Assembly (NCBI GenBank): GCA_964446105.1
Contig: CAYUMZ010000001.1
Coordinates: 1-42,467, forward strand
Reading direction: 5' to 3'
DNA length: 42,467 nt
Source: an uncultured Gammaproteobacteria bacterium
GTDB lineage: Bacteria; Pseudomonadota; Gammaproteobacteria; JAIEPX01
Shown here: piece after piece, positions 1 to 12,700 of the stretch
Position numbering within the stretch: position 1 is the stretch's first letter
Layout of the letters: the number at the start of each line of letters is the position of its first letter
Made by a program: the position numbers and the translations under genes
The notes under the pieces: generated by a model
The model's database searches: none
What the model was told of the DNA's origin: nothing
The model's input: the letters and a program-made list of their open reading frames with translations, nothing else

Positions 1-50
1 GAAGGCGCACTCAGCAAAAACGTCGCTTGATTATACTGCGGTTTATTCAT
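1..50 (-). CDS. engB: GTP-binding protein EngB/YihA, N-terminal 16 codons only (gene runs off the left edge)
   Basis: The reverse strand reads ATG at 50..48 followed by MNKPQYNQATFLLSAP. This resembles the E. coli YihA N-terminus (MTNLNYQQTHFVMSAP), recalled from memory. The fragment is too short to be certain. Confidence 0.45.
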   Translation of the reverse strand, partial: MNKPQYNQATFLLSAP

Positions 51-143
51 AATACATTCTCTGATTAGGGGGTGCATTTTACAGAAGTTCCGCCAAACTA
101 TCTATCTTTTCTGCCTCGTAGTATATACCTATTGAGTAACTTC

Positions 144-989
144 TTAAAATATGTCTACTAATTCATTGGATTCCTGGTTAACTTGCTCAGGCTCTGACTC
201 AGCTTCTGCACGCTCTTTCTCCAGATCGATAAAATTCCACAGCTTCTTATCCATCAACTGGCTCGGCTTTATCGCTTGAAGCGCATGCAAAATATTACTC
301 GGGACATTCCGATTTTCTTGCGCTAATTCCGCAATTAATTTTTTCACAAGAACGCGCTTTAAATTATCCTGACTACCACACAAATTACACGGAATGATAG
401 GGAATTGAAGCAATTTCGCATAAGCGGCAATATCTCTTTCCTGACAATAAACCATCGGCCGAATTAGAATATGTTTTTTGTCATCCGAAAGCAATTTTGG
501 TGGCATTGAACGCACTTCACCGTTATAAAGAATCGACATCAACAACGTTTCAATTAAATCATCACGGTGATGCCCTAATGCAATTTTCGTAAAACCATGC
601 TCAGCTGCATACCGATAAATAATCCCTCGACGCAATCGAGAACATAATCCACAATAGGTCTTACCTTCTTCAACTTTTTCTTTAACAATAGAATACGTAT
701 CTTGATTCATAATCTCATACTGAATTCCACTATTGTTAAGCCAATTTCGTAAACCACTATCATCCCAACCTGGCTGCGCCTGATCTAAAGTAAATGCAAA
801 AATACTAAACTTATTTTGAGAATTAATACGAAGTTGATTCAGTATTTTCAATAATGTGTACGAATCTTTTCCACCCGACAGACAGACCATCACGCGATCG
901 CCTCTCTGAATCATATTGTAATCAGCGATTGCCTTACCCGTGTAATGCAATAATTTTTTTTCTAAACGTGCTATTTTTGTTTCACTCAT
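144..989 (-). CDS. ttcA: tRNA 2-thiocytidine biosynthesis protein TtcA (PP-loop ATPase)
   Basis: 281-aa ORF with the PP-loop motif [13 protein letters not shown]. The conserved [17 protein letters not shown]-terminus and the CNLCGSQ cysteine motifs typical of TtcA are present. Confidence 0.9.
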   Translation of the reverse strand: MSETKIARLEKKLLHYTGKAIADYNMIQRGDRVMVCLSGGKDSYTLLKILNQLRINSQNKFSIFAFTLDQAQPGWDDSGLRNWLNNSGIQYEIMNQDTYSIVKEKVEEGKTYCGLCSRLRRGIIYRYAAEHGFTKIALGHHRDDLIETLLMSILYNGEVRSMPPKLLSDDKKHILIRPMVYCQERDIAAYAKLLQFPIIPCNLCGSQDNLKRVLVKKLIAELAQENRNVPSNILHALQAIKPSQLMDKKLWNFIDLEKERAEAESEPEQVNQESNELVDIF

Positions 990-1017
990 ATTTTATTCTC
1001 GTATTAAAAGCAACAAA

Positions 1018-1212
1018 CTACATTTTTAAAAACTTGACTAAAAGCCAAATAAAAATAATTAGGCCTAACGTAATAATCCCCAACACATAAATACTTTTAT
1101 GAATTGCGACCGCACTAAATAATTCACGGGGCATGCGTTTAACTTGATAGTAAGTCAACCAAATTAATCCCATACCGCCTAAGAGTAGTAGAATCTGTTC
1201 CCACATTGACAT
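1018..1212 (-). CDS. Small hypothetical membrane protein (two predicted TM helices)
   Basis: 64-aa ORF whose ATG directly abuts the pyk stop codon. It has two hydrophobic stretches (ILLLLGGMGLIWLTYY and VLGIITLGLIIFIWLLV). No family was recognised. Confidence 0.45.
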   Translation of the reverse strand: MSMWEQILLLLGGMGLIWLTYYQVKRMPRELFSAVAIHKSIYVLGIITLGLIIFIWLLVKFLKM

Positions 1213-2649
1213 TTAAATCACCTCTCCGACTTGAACGATTTTTAATGCATTAGTACCACCTAAAATGCCCATATGATCGCCTTTGGTAATAATGACCAAA
1301 TCTCCTTTTTGGACAAAACCGCGTTTTTCCAATTCTGCAACCGCACCTCGATTCACTTCGTCGCGATTTAATTTGGTTACATCGAACTCTAAGGGGTATA
1401 CACCTCTAAATAAACTCATTTTGGCCCGTGTTTTTTGCAATCGACTTAATCCAAAAACAGGAATATTAGTACGAATACGAGACATCCATAAAGGCGTTGC
1501 GCCTGATTCAGTCAGCGCAATAATAGCCACAATGTTCAGATGATTTGCCGTGTACATTGAAGCAACCGCAATGGCTTCGTCGACACGAGTAAAAATATGT
1601 TCAGGTGCCGAACTACCTTTTGTTGCAATAGGATGTTTTTCTACACCCAAACAAGCTCGCGCGACTGCAGCAATCACAAGTTCTGGATGTTTACCCACTG
1701 CAGTTTCTGCGGAAAGCATTACTGCATCAGTTCCATCCAGTACTGCATTGGCCACATCAGAGACTTCAGCACGTGTAGGCACTGAACTTTCAATCATGGA
1801 TTCCATCATTTGCGTCGCTGTAATAACAGGACGATTATGAAATCGAGCCCGACGAATAATGTGTTTTTGCACAGCAGGAACTTCTGCGTCACCAATTTCA
1901 ACAGACAAATCACCTCGAGCTACCATCACCGCATCAGACGCTAAAATAATTTCATCAATATTAGCGACTGCTTCTGTACGTTCGATTTTTGCAACAGTTC
2001 CAATATTATTAGCCCCTGCTTTTTTAAGTAATTCTTTTGCTTCTATCATATCTTTTGCACTGCGCGGAAATGAAATCGCCACATAATCGACATCTAAATC
2101 TGCTGCTAATTGCAAATCACCTCGATCCTTATCAGTAAGCGCTCCCGCAGATAATCCACCACCAAGACGATTAATGCCTTTATTATTCGACAATTTTCCG
2201 CCCGTGAGCACCTCACAATGGATTTTATTGCCCTCAACAGATTCAACCAGCATGACTATGCGACCGTCATCGAGTAATAAAGTATCACCTGAGTGTACGT
2301 CTCTCGGTAATTCCTTGTAATCAATTCCGACGGCTTGATTATTTCCTGCTTCTTTGGATAAATCAGCATCTAAGCAAAATGATTGCCCAACTGCTAATTC
2401 CACAGATCCTTCAGAAAATCGAGCGACTCTAATTTTCGGACCCTGTAAATCGGCTAAAATTCCGACTACACGATCGTGTTCTTTAGCACAGTCTCTTACC
2501 ATTTTAATTCGCGCTGCGTGTTCTTCTCGGGAACCATGAGAAAAATTGACACGTACAACATCGACACCCGCCACAATAATTTTTTTAAGATTTTCAACAT
2601 TATCCGTTGCGGGTCCTAATGTCGCTACAATCTTTGTCCTTCTTAACAT
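1213..2649 (-). CDS. pyk: Pyruvate kinase
   Basis: 478-aa ORF. The N-terminus [16 protein letters not shown], the [12 protein letters not shown] motif and TQMMESM are classic pyruvate kinase signatures. Confidence 0.95.
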   Translation of the reverse strand: MLRRTKIVATLGPATDNVENLKKIIVAGVDVVRVNFSHGSREEHAARIKMVRDCAKEHDRVVGILADLQGPKIRVARFSEGSVELAVGQSFCLDADLSKEAGNNQAVGIDYKELPRDVHSGDTLLLDDGRIVMLVESVEGNKIHCEVLTGGKLSNNKGINRLGGGLSAGALTDKDRGDLQLAADLDVDYVAISFPRSAKDMIEAKELLKKAGANNIGTVAKIERTEAVANIDEIILASDAVMVARGDLSVEIGDAEVPAVQKHIIRRARFHNRPVITATQMMESMIESSVPTRAEVSDVANAVLDGTDAVMLSAETAVGKHPELVIAAVARACLGVEKHPIATKGSSAPEHIFTRVDEAIAVASMYTANHLNIVAIIALTESGATPLWMSRIRTNIPVFGLSRLQKTRAKMSLFRGVYPLEFDVTKLNRDEVNRGAVAELEKRGFVQKGDLVIITKGDHMGILGGTNALKIVQVGEVI

Positions 2650-3785
2650 CGCTCCTCCAAAGCTTTTACTCCAGGTAAAGATTTACCTTCTAAAAATTCT
2701 AAAAATGCTCCACCACCTGTGGAAATATATGAAATTTGATTCACCAAACCAAAATGCTCTATCGCTGAAATAGTATCTCCACCACCAGCAATTGAATACG
2801 CCTGACTTTCTGCAATTGCTGTAGCAACTGTTTGTGTCCCCTTCGCAAAGGCCGGCCATTCAAAAACACCTACTGGCCCATTCCACACTATAGTGGCCGC
2901 TTTATCAATCAAAGCGGAATATGTTGCAGCAGTTTCTGGGCCTATATCTAAAATCATATCATCTGAAGAAAGATTTTCTATTTTTTTAAGTGTTGGCGGT
3001 GATGTCGATATAAATTCTTTTGCGACTACAACATCTGTAGGTAATGGAATTTTTGTTTTTTTCATCAAATTAACAGCTGCTGAAATTAATTCGGGCTCAT
3101 GAAGGGATTTTCCTATTGGAAATCCTGCTGCACATAAAAAAGTATTCGCAATTCCACCGCCTAAAATTAACTGATCTACTTTATCTGCTAATGAGGCAAG
3201 CACTGTCAATTTAGATGAGACTTTTGCTCCGCCCACAATAGCCAATAAAGGATGTTTAGGTTGTGAAATCACCTTTTTTAAGGCCGTTAACTCTTCAGTT
3301 AACAATGGCCCTGCGCAAGCAATCGGAGCAAATTTTGCAACACCAACTGTTGACGATTGTGCGCGGTGCGCCGTTGCAAATGCGTCCATAACAAAAATAT
3401 CACACAATGAAGCCAATCGTTTTGATAGATCATTGTCATTTTTTTCTTCACCAACATTAAAACGGACATTTTCTAGTAAAACAACCTCTCCATCTTGGAG
3501 TTGATTAGCTTCATTAAAATCAGTAATAAATCGAACAGACTGATTGAGTAATTCACTCAATCGCTGAGCGACCGGCAAGAGTGAAAATTTGGGATCTATA
3601 CTACCTTCCACGGGTCTTCCCAAATGAGACATGATTAATGTTTTTGCTTTTTGTTTTATAGCATCTCGAATCGTTGGTAATGCTGCAACAATACGCGCAT
3701 CACTTGTAATTTTTCCTTCCTGCATAGGCACATTGAGATCTTCGCGGATAAGTACTCGCTTACCCGCGAGATCTAAGTCCTTCAT
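2643..3785 (-). CDS. pgk: Phosphoglycerate kinase
   Basis: The ORF contains [13 protein letters not shown] and the GGGDT/STGGGA motifs. The ORF track starts at 3833, but that overlaps the gap 3' end. ATG at 3785 ([12 protein letters not shown]) or at 3794 gives the family-typical N-terminus. Confidence 0.9.
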   Translation of the reverse strand: MKDLDLAGKRVLIREDLNVPMQEGKITSDARIVAALPTIRDAIKQKAKTLIMSHLGRPVEGSIDPKFSLLPVAQRLSELLNQSVRFITDFNEANQLQDGEVVLLENVRFNVGEEKNDNDLSKRLASLCDIFVMDAFATAHRAQSSTVGVAKFAPIACAGPLLTEELTALKKVISQPKHPLLAIVGGAKVSSKLTVLASLADKVDQLILGGGIANTFLCAAGFPIGKSLHEPELISAAVNLMKKTKIPLPTDVVVAKEFISTSPPTLKKIENLSSDDMILDIGPETAATYSALIDKAATIVWNGPVGVFEWPAFAKGTQTVATAIAESQAYSIAGGGDTISAIEHFGLVNQISYISTGGGAFLEFLEGKSLPGVKALEERC

Positions 3786-3786
3786 T

Positions 3787-4821
3787 TTAAGCATGCGCAA
3801 CCTCAGTTGAGTGTGTTGCAGCAATAAATGCAACGGTGGTATCTAACATACGATTCGCAAAACCCCATTCATTATCATACCAAGCACAAACTTTAACGAT
3901 ATTGTTATTGACTCTAGTTAGCCCTGCATCAAACACCGAAGAAGCGGGGTTGTGATTAAAATCAATGGACACTAAAGGTAATTCACTGTATGAAAGAATA
4001 TTTTTCAATTCATGTTGAGAAGCCTGTTTCAAAATGGAATTAACCTCCTCAACTGACGTATCGCGCGAAGAAGTAAATGTCAAATCAACGATTGAAACAT
4101 TCGCGATAGGCACTCGAATTGCAAATCCATCCAAACGACCTGATAATTCAGGCATTACTAATCCAATGGCTGAAGCAGCGCCGGTTTTTGTCGGTATCAT
4201 GGAAAGAGCAGCAGCACGCGCTCGATGTAAATCACTGTGCGGAGCGTCCAATATATTTTGATCGTTGGTGTACGCATGAATTGTAGTCATCAATCCGTTA
4301 ACAATCCCTATCTTTTCATGCAATGGTTTAACTAACGGAACTAAACAATTTGTTGTGCATGAAGCATTAGAAATGATGGTATCGCTTGCTTTAAGCGTAC
4401 TATGATTAACTCCGTAAACAATAGTTGCATCAACATCCGTACCAGCTGGAGCAGAAATAATAACTTTTTTTGCACCTGCCGCAATATGCGCCTTTGCTTT
4501 TTCTTTACTTGTGAAAATTCCAGTACATTCATGCACCACATCTACACCTAATTTTCCCCAAGGACATTTGGCTGGATCACGTTCCGCAGATACTGCAATT
4601 TTATGCCCATTGATTTCTAAAAAATTTTCGCTATAACTGACACCACCAGGAAATTTGCCATGCGTACTATCATATTTAAGGAGATGAGCTAATATTTTAA
4701 TATCAGATAAATCATTGATACCAACAATTTGAACATCGTTTCGATTATACTCATAAACAGCCCGCAAAATATTTCGACCGATTCGACCAAAGCCATTAAT
4801 TGCAACTTTAATTGCCATCAT
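3787..4821 (-). CDS. gap: Glyceraldehyde-3-phosphate dehydrogenase
   Basis: 344-aa ORF with the NGFGRIGRN Rossmann motif, the active-site [10 protein letters not shown] and WYDNEWGF. Confidence 0.95.
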   Translation of the reverse strand: MMAIKVAINGFGRIGRNILRAVYEYNRNDVQIVGINDLSDIKILAHLLKYDSTHGKFPGGVSYSENFLEINGHKIAVSAERDPAKCPWGKLGVDVVHECTGIFTSKEKAKAHIAAGAKKVIISAPAGTDVDATIVYGVNHSTLKASDTIISNASCTTNCLVPLVKPLHEKIGIVNGLMTTIHAYTNDQNILDAPHSDLHRARAAALSMIPTKTGAASAIGLVMPELSGRLDGFAIRVPIANVSIVDLTFTSSRDTSVEEVNSILKQASQHELKNILSYSELPLVSIDFNHNPASSVFDAGLTRVNNNIVKVCAWYDNEWGFANRMLDTTVAFIAATHSTEVAHA

Positions 4822-4836
4822 TTTCTCCTTAATAAC

Positions 4837-6873
4837 TTACAAAAAAACGGGAAGAGGTTTCCCGTCAGAACGAGAACTATTTGCTGATAAAGATTCTTTC
4901 ACTGCATGAACAACGGCTGCTGTTGTTAATCCTAATTTTTCATACAGCTGTTGATACGGCGCTGAGGCTCCAAATCGATCAAGACCAATCACTTTTCCAT
5001 AAGCGCCTACAAATTCATACCAAAACGCCGTTGATCCGGCTTCTATAGCAACACGTGCAGTCACATTACGGGGTAATATTTTTTCACGATAAGCTGAGTC
5101 TTGTGTCAAAAAAACATTAGTTGACGGCATTGAAACAACCCGTATTTTACAAATGTTTTTCAATTCTTCTACAGCACTCATAGCAATACTCACTTCAGAA
5201 CCCGTCGCAATAATAATTGCGTCGGGAGATCCTTCACAATCATGCAAAATATATCCACCGCGTCGAACATTTTCGAGCGTTTCTTGAGTGCGGGGTTGTA
5301 AAGGGAGATTTTGTCGACTCAGTAATAAACTTGTAGGGCCATGATGTTCGAGCGCATCTTGCCATGCAACTGCTGTTTCAACAGCATCACAAGGTCGCCA
5401 CACTGACATTCCCGGCGTCATTCTCAACATTGAAGCATGCTCGATCGGTTGGTGCGTAGGCCCATCCTCTCCCAATCCTATGGAATCATGACTTAACACA
5501 TAAATAACTTGAGATTTCATCAACGCCGATAATCGTGCTGCATTTCTCGCATAATCAATAAACACTAAAAATGTACCACCGTAAGGAATAAATCCACCAT
5601 GCTGTGCTAATCCATTCATAATGGCAGACATTCCAAATTCTCGAACACCGTAGTGCAAATAATTACCGCCGCTTTCTGTTTTTCGAATATCTTCTGAGCC
5701 TGACCACCACGTTAAATTAGAGCCAGTTAAATCTGCAGATCCACCTAATAATTCAGGAAAATGCGGTGCAAAAGCATCTAAACAATTTTTGGATGCCGTG
5801 CGTGTTGCAATATTACCGGATGATTTTTGACATTCATTACGATAGTTCGTTGCAATTTCTGCCCAATTATTCGGCAATTTCTTATTTACACGCCGCAAAA
5901 ATTCTTTAGCTAATTCTGGAAATTCTTTTTGATACGCATCAAATTTTTCTTTCCATGTTTTTTCTAGGTCATCACCTTTTTTACGCGCATCCCATCCTGC
6001 GTAAATTTCTGAAGGAATTTCAAATGGCGGATATTGCCATCCAATATTTTCCCGCACAGCAGTAATTTCTTCATCACCTAATGGAGATCCGTGCACCTTA
6101 TGACTTCCGGCTAAATTTGGCGCACCATGTCCAATCACTGTTTGACAACAAATTAAAGTGGGCTTATCTGTCACGGCTTTTGCTTGTAAAATAGCTGCTT
6201 TTATTGCATCACTATCGTGACCATCAACTTTTGGAATAACATGCCAATGATAAGCTTCAAATCGTTGCGGTGTATTATCGGTAAACCACCCCCCGACTTT
6301 TCCATCAATCGAAATTCCATTGTCATCATAAAATACAATTAATTTCCCTAGACCCAAAGTACCCGCTAACGAACACGCTTCATGAGAAATTCCCTCCATT
6401 AAACAACCGTCACCCGCAAAAACATATGTCATGTGATCAACAATGGTATGTCCTGGTCGATTAAATTGCGCCGCTAACGTTTTTTCTGCAATCGCCATTC
6501 CTACACCATTCGCCAACCCTTGCCCCAAAGGACCCGTCGTTGTTTCAACACCCGGCGTGTCTCCAAACTCAGGATGCCCCGGTGTTTTTGAATGCCATTG
6601 ACGGAAATTTTTAATATCATCCATAGAAAGGGGATAACCCGTCAAATGCAGAAGAGAATATTGCAACATCGCTCCATGGCCATTCGAAAGAACAAAGCGA
6701 TCTCGATCAAACCATTGCGGATTATTGGGATTATGCCGTAAAAAATCGTTCCAAAGCACCTCAGCAATATCCGCCATACCCATGGGCGCCCCCGGATGCC
6801 CTGAATTGGCTTTTTGTACGGCATCCATACTTAAAGCGCGGATGGCATTGGCTAATACGTGACGGCTCGTCAT
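4837..6873 (-). CDS. tkt: Transketolase
   Basis: 678-aa ORF with [18 protein letters not shown], the thiamine-diphosphate motif [13 protein letters not shown] and [15 protein letters not shown]. An AGGAG Shine-Dalgarno lies about 8 nt upstream of the ATG at 6873. Confidence 0.95.
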   Translation of the reverse strand: MTSRHVLANAIRALSMDAVQKANSGHPGAPMGMADIAEVLWNDFLRHNPNNPQWFDRDRFVLSNGHGAMLQYSLLHLTGYPLSMDDIKNFRQWHSKTPGHPEFGDTPGVETTTGPLGQGLANGVGMAIAEKTLAAQFNRPGHTIVDHMTYVFAGDGCLMEGISHEACSLAGTLGLGKLIVFYDDNGISIDGKVGGWFTDNTPQRFEAYHWHVIPKVDGHDSDAIKAAILQAKAVTDKPTLICCQTVIGHGAPNLAGSHKVHGSPLGDEEITAVRENIGWQYPPFEIPSEIYAGWDARKKGDDLEKTWKEKFDAYQKEFPELAKEFLRRVNKKLPNNWAEIATNYRNECQKSSGNIATRTASKNCLDAFAPHFPELLGGSADLTGSNLTWWSGSEDIRKTESGGNYLHYGVREFGMSAIMNGLAQHGGFIPYGGTFLVFIDYARNAARLSALMKSQVIYVLSHDSIGLGEDGPTHQPIEHASMLRMTPGMSVWRPCDAVETAVAWQDALEHHGPTSLLLSRQNLPLQPRTQETLENVRRGGYILHDCEGSPDAIIIATGSEVSIAMSAVEELKNICKIRVVSMPSTNVFLTQDSAYREKILPRNVTARVAIEAGSTAFWYEFVGAYGKVIGLDRFGASAPYQQLYEKLGLTTAAVVHAVKESLSANSSRSDGKPLPVFL

Positions 6874-6998
6874 TACTGGGCTCCTGGCTGTTCAAAAGCA
6901 GCTATTCTCACCCGAATGGCCCCCTGTAGCAAGCCCTAGGCCGAGCTAGAGATTTGGATGCCTCTATAGGTCATTAACTGCCCTCATGATGAGTCAAT

Positions 6999-9761
6999 CT
7001 AAAATCCCTTGCTCACCCCAGAATTTTGCTGATCCGTTTTTTGTTGCGCAACACCCTCAGCGTCTGATGCCTCAGCAGACATATTCCCAACAAATCGCGG
7101 GTTATAACCTTGCGTTTTTTCTCTCAAATCCTTGAGCTCTTTTTCTGTCATCCGACGATAATGGGCAAAGCTACTATTTATGATTTCAATTTTCTTCTCT
7201 AAAATTCTCACATTTGCTTGCAATTCTATTTTTTCGGCATCTTGCTTTTGCTGCCTTTGATCAATATAAACATAAAGATAATTCGAATCATGTTTTGCTT
7301 CTCTAGCAGCCTTCATCGGTGTTTGGCCTTTATTATTTCTTAATTTTGTGTTGGCTCCTCGATCAATCAATAACTTAGCAATTCTAGTAAAGTTACAAAT
7401 CGCAGCTAAATGCAAAGAAGAATTTTTATCATTATCAAGATAATTAATATCAGCACCCTTATCAACCAAATACTCTACTAAAGGATATAATTCATCTTCG
7501 GCTATCTCTTTAGAGTGACTTCCAATTCCACACAACGCAGTTAATAAAGACAACGTTTTTCCGCCCTCCTTCAAAGGCTGATTCACATCAGCACCATTTT
7601 CAACTAATAGACAAATGGCTTCAAAACTTGCTAATCCACGCAACCTTCCCCCAATTAAAGCAGCCAAAGGAAAATCGCTATGTTTCACATTAACACCTTG
7701 CTTGATCAAATAAGCTAGCATAGTAGTATTTATACACTTATCGCCATGCCCTTGAGGAATAATGAGTGACTTTTCAGAATCCACCTCTGAAATTATTAAT
7801 CCACTTCTCTCAAATAATTGCGTAACAACCAAGCTGTTTTGAAGGATCACACGACGAAGCAATTCTTTTACATTTTTTTTATCGTGTTTTTTATGATTAA
7901 GCACAAGATCAATAGATCGATAAAGCTCTGAATCTTCTTTTGTATTTTCATCAACATGTTTACATAATATCTGCAAAATTGCGTGATATTGCTCTGAATC
8001 GTCGAAAGTGCATACTTTGAGCATATGAAAAAGCCTGACAAAATCTTGCGCTTTAGCCGCGCACTCAATAGCAGTGCATCGAGATTTATCCTTAATATTC
8101 GGGTCCACTCCTAACGCGAGTATTTTATCAATTAGCGCTGTAGAGACTTTACCTTTAATGGCCGAGTGAAGTATGGTTTCACCGCTCTTATTGGTCACGT
8201 TTTTTTCGGTCCCTAAAGAAAGTAATAGCCCAGTTATTTTTTCTTTCCCAGTTTCCAGCGCGATGTGGAGTGGCATATTACCTTGATTATCAGGGATATT
8301 TAATCTTAAAATTTGTTCATGTGAGAGGCACTCGTAGATTGCTGTAGATTCTTCCTTAGCGATTGTATGAAGCAAAGTCTTACCTGATGCATCTTGCGAA
8401 TAGAGATCAAGGCCACATTCTTGAAATACTTTAAAACTCTCAACCCTCGAAAAAGACACAATATAATCTAAAGCCGTTTTATTGCTAATATCCTTATTAC
8501 CAACACTTGCCTGATGTTTTAATAACAAACGGACGACACCTGGACTTTTATTTTCCCAAATAGCCACCATTAAGGGGGTAAGCAAAAACTTTTTTCGGGG
8601 TTTATTGATATCAGCGTCATGATCTATTAATGCACTCATGATATTCTCAAAACCATTTTCAATAGCTATGATTGATGCTGTATCGCCATTTTCATCACGC
8701 GTTTGAGCATCAAGATCAACATTGTTATTACAAAGCCATTTTAGGGCTTTAAGATCGTTATTTTTGCAGACCACATGGATAATCGCTTTGCCAGATTTAT
8801 CAAATGCATCGATCAGATCATCACTGACCAACTTATCAGCGATTTTTAATCGTTCAGATGATTGATTAGCCTCCGTTAGGAGAGTAAACAAGCAATTTTC
8901 TCCTTTTTTATTTTCAATTTCGGGGCCTGCATTGTGCTCTAGCAATACACTGACTACCGCTAATGAGCGAGATAAATGCAATGGAGTATTTCCTTGAGCA
9001 TCTTGTAAACTCACACATTCGTTTTCCTCATCCTGCTCGAGTAACAAGGTAGCGATTGATGCGGATTTTACATAATGCAATGCACATCGACCCTCTGAAT
9101 CCAAAGCTTTGACATCAGCTTCTTTATCTAAAAGTAATTGAACAAGATTTTTTCTATCTAGTAAAACTGCATGATGTAATGGTGTTTTATTCATCGATCC
9201 CTTGCTATCAATATTAGCACCGAGTTCCAATAAATATTCCAACATATCTTTCTTATTATCTTTCACGGCCAAATGAAGTGCTTTATCTCCAGAAGCATCA
9301 GCCATTTCAATCCATTTCTTCAATATATCCTTATCGAAAAGCTTCAACGTTTCGACATCTGAATATTCAATCATCAAATGAAGCAATGTTTTAGAACCTT
9401 CTTTGAGGACAAATAAATTGGGGTTATACTCTAACAATTTTGAAATTGATGAACGTGCGTTTAAAATAACCGCCAGCTGTATTGGCGTCATTCCATTACA
9501 CATGATATCAACAGGAAGTGACTTTTGAACTAAAAATTGGATAAGTTCATCATGATCTTCTAATATAGCAGCATGTAATGCTGATACTTTACCGTGTCTA
9601 ATGACATCAACTATATCATCCTCATCGAAATTTTCTTCGATTAATTCGAGATGATTTTTGATTGATCTCGGCGCAATCTTTCCAGGCAATGTGAGACTAC
9701 TTGGTGCTTTGGAAATAAAGAATTCAATCATTTCTTGCTGCCCGCATGCTGCAGCAATCAC
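6999..9761 (-). CDS. Ankyrin-repeat protein with a C-terminal coiled coil. It is probably the 3' portion of one interrupted U-box/ankyrin gene.
   Basis: 920-aa ORF full of ankyrin units (G.TPLH.A......V..LL..GA..N). The track start is a GTG with no Shine-Dalgarno. The ORF is in the same frame as ORF 9792..13316, separated from it only by TAA plus 10 sense codons. Confidence 0.7.
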   Translation of the reverse strand: MIAAACGQQEMIEFFISKAPSSLTLPGKIAPRSIKNHLELIEENFDEDDIVDVIRHGKVSALHAAILEDHDELIQFLVQKSLPVDIMCNGMTPIQLAVILNARSSISKLLEYNPNLFVLKEGSKTLLHLMIEYSDVETLKLFDKDILKKWIEMADASGDKALHLAVKDNKKDMLEYLLELGANIDSKGSMNKTPLHHAVLLDRKNLVQLLLDKEADVKALDSEGRCALHYVKSASIATLLLEQDEENECVSLQDAQGNTPLHLSRSLAVVSVLLEHNAGPEIENKKGENCLFTLLTEANQSSERLKIADKLVSDDLIDAFDKSGKAIIHVVCKNNDLKALKWLCNNNVDLDAQTRDENGDTASIIAIENGFENIMSALIDHDADINKPRKKFLLTPLMVAIWENKSPGVVRLLLKHQASVGNKDISNKTALDYIVSFSRVESFKVFQECGLDLYSQDASGKTLLHTIAKEESTAIYECLSHEQILRLNIPDNQGNMPLHIALETGKEKITGLLLSLGTEKNVTNKSGETILHSAIKGKVSTALIDKILALGVDPNIKDKSRCTAIECAAKAQDFVRLFHMLKVCTFDDSEQYHAILQILCKHVDENTKEDSELYRSIDLVLNHKKHDKKNVKELLRRVILQNSLVVTQLFERSGLIISEVDSEKSLIIPQGHGDKCINTTMLAYLIKQGVNVKHSDFPLAALIGGRLRGLASFEAICLLVENGADVNQPLKEGGKTLSLLTALCGIGSHSKEIAEDELYPLVEYLVDKGADINYLDNDKNSSLHLAAICNFTRIAKLLIDRGANTKLRNNKGQTPMKAAREAKHDSNYLYVYIDQRQQKQDAEKIELQANVRILEKKIEIINSSFAHYRRMTEKELKDLREKTQGYNPRFVGNMSAEASDAEGVAQQKTDQQNSGVSKGF

Positions 9762-9791
9762 AGTAGGATTATAATCACACTCGGAATCAAC

Positions 9792-12700
9792 TTATGCACC
9801 CTGCTCCACCAATAATTTAGCTAACAGTACGTTTCCTGAGGCAGCAGGGTATTGCAGCAACGTCCATTCTTTATCGACAGCGCTGACATTCACTCCGCAA
9901 TGAATGAATAATCTGACGAGATTGAACAATTCTTTTTCAACTAAAATGGTCAACAGATGGCATTGACCCTCAACACTATTTCTCACATAAAGATTTGCGC
10001 CCTTTTTAATCAGGCATTCGAGAGTTTTATAAAGCTCTGAATCTTCGCTAATATCTTCGTTCAGATCCTTAATTAACTCATATAATGCTGTTATGTATAT
10101 TTGTCCAATGGGTCTTCTAACCCCTCTTCCCCTTCTAGGCGCCATAGATTTATCGTAGATATTTTCTTCATAAGTCTCATCTATTTTTACCCCTCGCTCT
10201 ATGATATATCGCATGAACTTGAACTTTTCATTTTTAGCCGCACAAATTAATATCGTGTCTTCGTCATCATCGGATTGAGCATTAAGATCTACACCTAAGC
10301 TTGCTATGCGCTCACAAATAGAATCACTGACTTTAGACTGAATGGCCTGAAACAATAATTGAGTGAACTTATTCTGAATATCGCCTAAAAGACCCTGTTG
10401 ATCCAATAAATAGTGACAAACCTCATCATCACCTGATTCAATGGCATATTTCAAAACAGAATCGTCATCCACACCATTCATTGAGAGAGAGGCTTTAAAA
10501 TCAACCACTAATGATCTCAAAATAGGCAGCTGTTTATTCTGAGCAGCATGACAAACAGGAGTTAAACCCTTTGAATCTGTTCCGTTTACAAGTGGACTAA
10601 TATCTAAAGATTTTAGAGGTTCTAATAGAGCCACATGCCCTTTCATTGCTATCAGATGTAGAAGATTCATTTTCTTTGAGGTCAGCTTTGTTATGCAAGC
10701 ACCTCGCTTTATCAGATAGTTAAAAGCAGAAAGAGCCCCTTTTTCAGCAGCCCGAAGCAAAGGAGTAAATCCCCAAGCATCAACTAATTCAAAATCCGGT
10801 TTTTGATTAAGCAAAAAATCAAAAATGTCATCTCCATAATTTTTTTGAGCGGCCCAATGTAAAAGAGTATATAATCTATCTGGATTTTGGTAATTGATAT
10901 CAAATCCTGATTCAAAAAATCGTGTTAGCAGGTCTTTATATTTATTCCATAGGGCTTTTTCAATCGCGAGATCTTTTTGACCATCTTTTCTTTTCGAAAG
11001 ACCAACTTTATCAGCACCATGCTCTAACAACCATCTAACAGCCACTTCTGAATTTCTTTTAACCGCTAAATGAAGTGGCTGATCTCCATCTTGATTAATA
11101 GGCGCATTGATACTAACACTGCGCTTTAGCAGGCGCTCTGCAAACGCTAATTTATACTGACTATCACTACTACCCATATTTTTGAATAATAAATGAATTG
11201 CCTGCTCACCATTCTTGTTGATTAATGTTGGATCTGCGCCATGATCGAGTAGAAAATCCGCTGTTGTGGAACCTGACCATAAGCTCTCACAAACAACCAT
11301 CAATACCGTTTCGCCGTCATTATTCTGGGTATTCAGATAAGCCCCCCTTTCAACATCGCTCACACCAATCCGCTCTAAATAATTGACAATAGGCTCAACA
11401 ATACTAATATCACGACCCGTGTGCAAAACTGTATTTCCATCTTCATCAAGAAGCTTCACATCTGGATTTTTGGACAAAATAGACTCCAAGCAATTTTTGC
11501 GAAGAGCATCATCATTGCTCCAATACAATTTTACACAAACATACATTAGTGCTGATTTGCCATCTTCATCTCTTGATGAAACATCCGCATTTCTTTCCAC
11601 TAAACATTGGGCAGATTGAAATCGTCTATGCTCCAAATGATAGATTAACGGGGTCTTTTTTTTCTTATTCAAAGCATTAATGTCCAACCCTCTCGAAAGC
11701 AACGAATCAATTATTTCACTGCTTCTAGCCAGATGTAACAATGTGTTGCCTTCGCTATTAACACAGTGAATGTTAACAGAGTGACGAAGTAATTCATTGA
11801 AAAGCTTAATATTATCTTGCTCGATCGCCAGGGTCAAAATTGTATCGCCCTCATCATTTTCAATATCGGGTTTCACACCGGTCTGTAGAAGAAATATCAC
11901 GATGTCTGATAGACCTGATCTAGCTGCATGGTGTATAACATGGTTACCATCTACTCGCGCATCGAGGTCAGCGCCCATCTTAATTAATGTGGGATATACA
12001 GTTTGAAATTTATCTGACTTGTGCTTTTTTTCATCTTCTCTTCCTAAATCTATATCGTATGATAAAAAGTCTACCGCATCATGAAATAAATTCTTTAACT
12101 CAAGAGGTCTAAAACCATTCTCCCATAACACTAATATAATCTCTTTGTGACATCTCCTAACTGCTCTTTGAAATATATTATGCTTGTCTAAATCAGGATT
12201 TTCACTGAGTTTTTTTTGTGTTAACAGCCAGGATACCAGCGCAGATTGATTACCTATTATCGCAAAATCAAGCAACGTTAATTTGTCCTCATTCTCATCT
12301 CTAGAATTCTGAAATATAATTTCAGGGTCTCGATGAATTAACTGCTCCAAAATTGATTGATGCCCATGGAAAGCAGCGAGCTGAGCCGCGGTGCAATCTG
12401 CTGCAAAATAATAAACATCGCTCACTTCTTTAACTTCTTTGCCTTTGTATGTCGTAGTTGCTGATAAATTTACTTTTGGTGAAGCAGATAAATAAGCAGA
12501 GACAATATCAGTGAAACCCTTCGCACAAGCAATCATAAATGCATTTAAGCCGTTGTCATCTTCGCCATTATCGTCAGTCCCAACAACTTTTAAGGAATCA
12601 GCGCCCCGTGAGATGAGAAGCCGCCATTGCGTGAGATTTCCAGCCATTGCAGCGTAGTGTACCAAACACAATCCCTTTTCATCAGGCTGATTCAATTCAT

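Noticed and set aside
6886..6960. A relatively GC-rich patch upstream of tkt, compared with a similar-looking GC-rich patch at 17095..17175, as a possible shared small repeat element.
   Set aside because: By-eye alignment in both orientations found only isolated shared 6-7-mers (tcacccg, ctagag) that are not colinear. That is not enough to call a repeat family.
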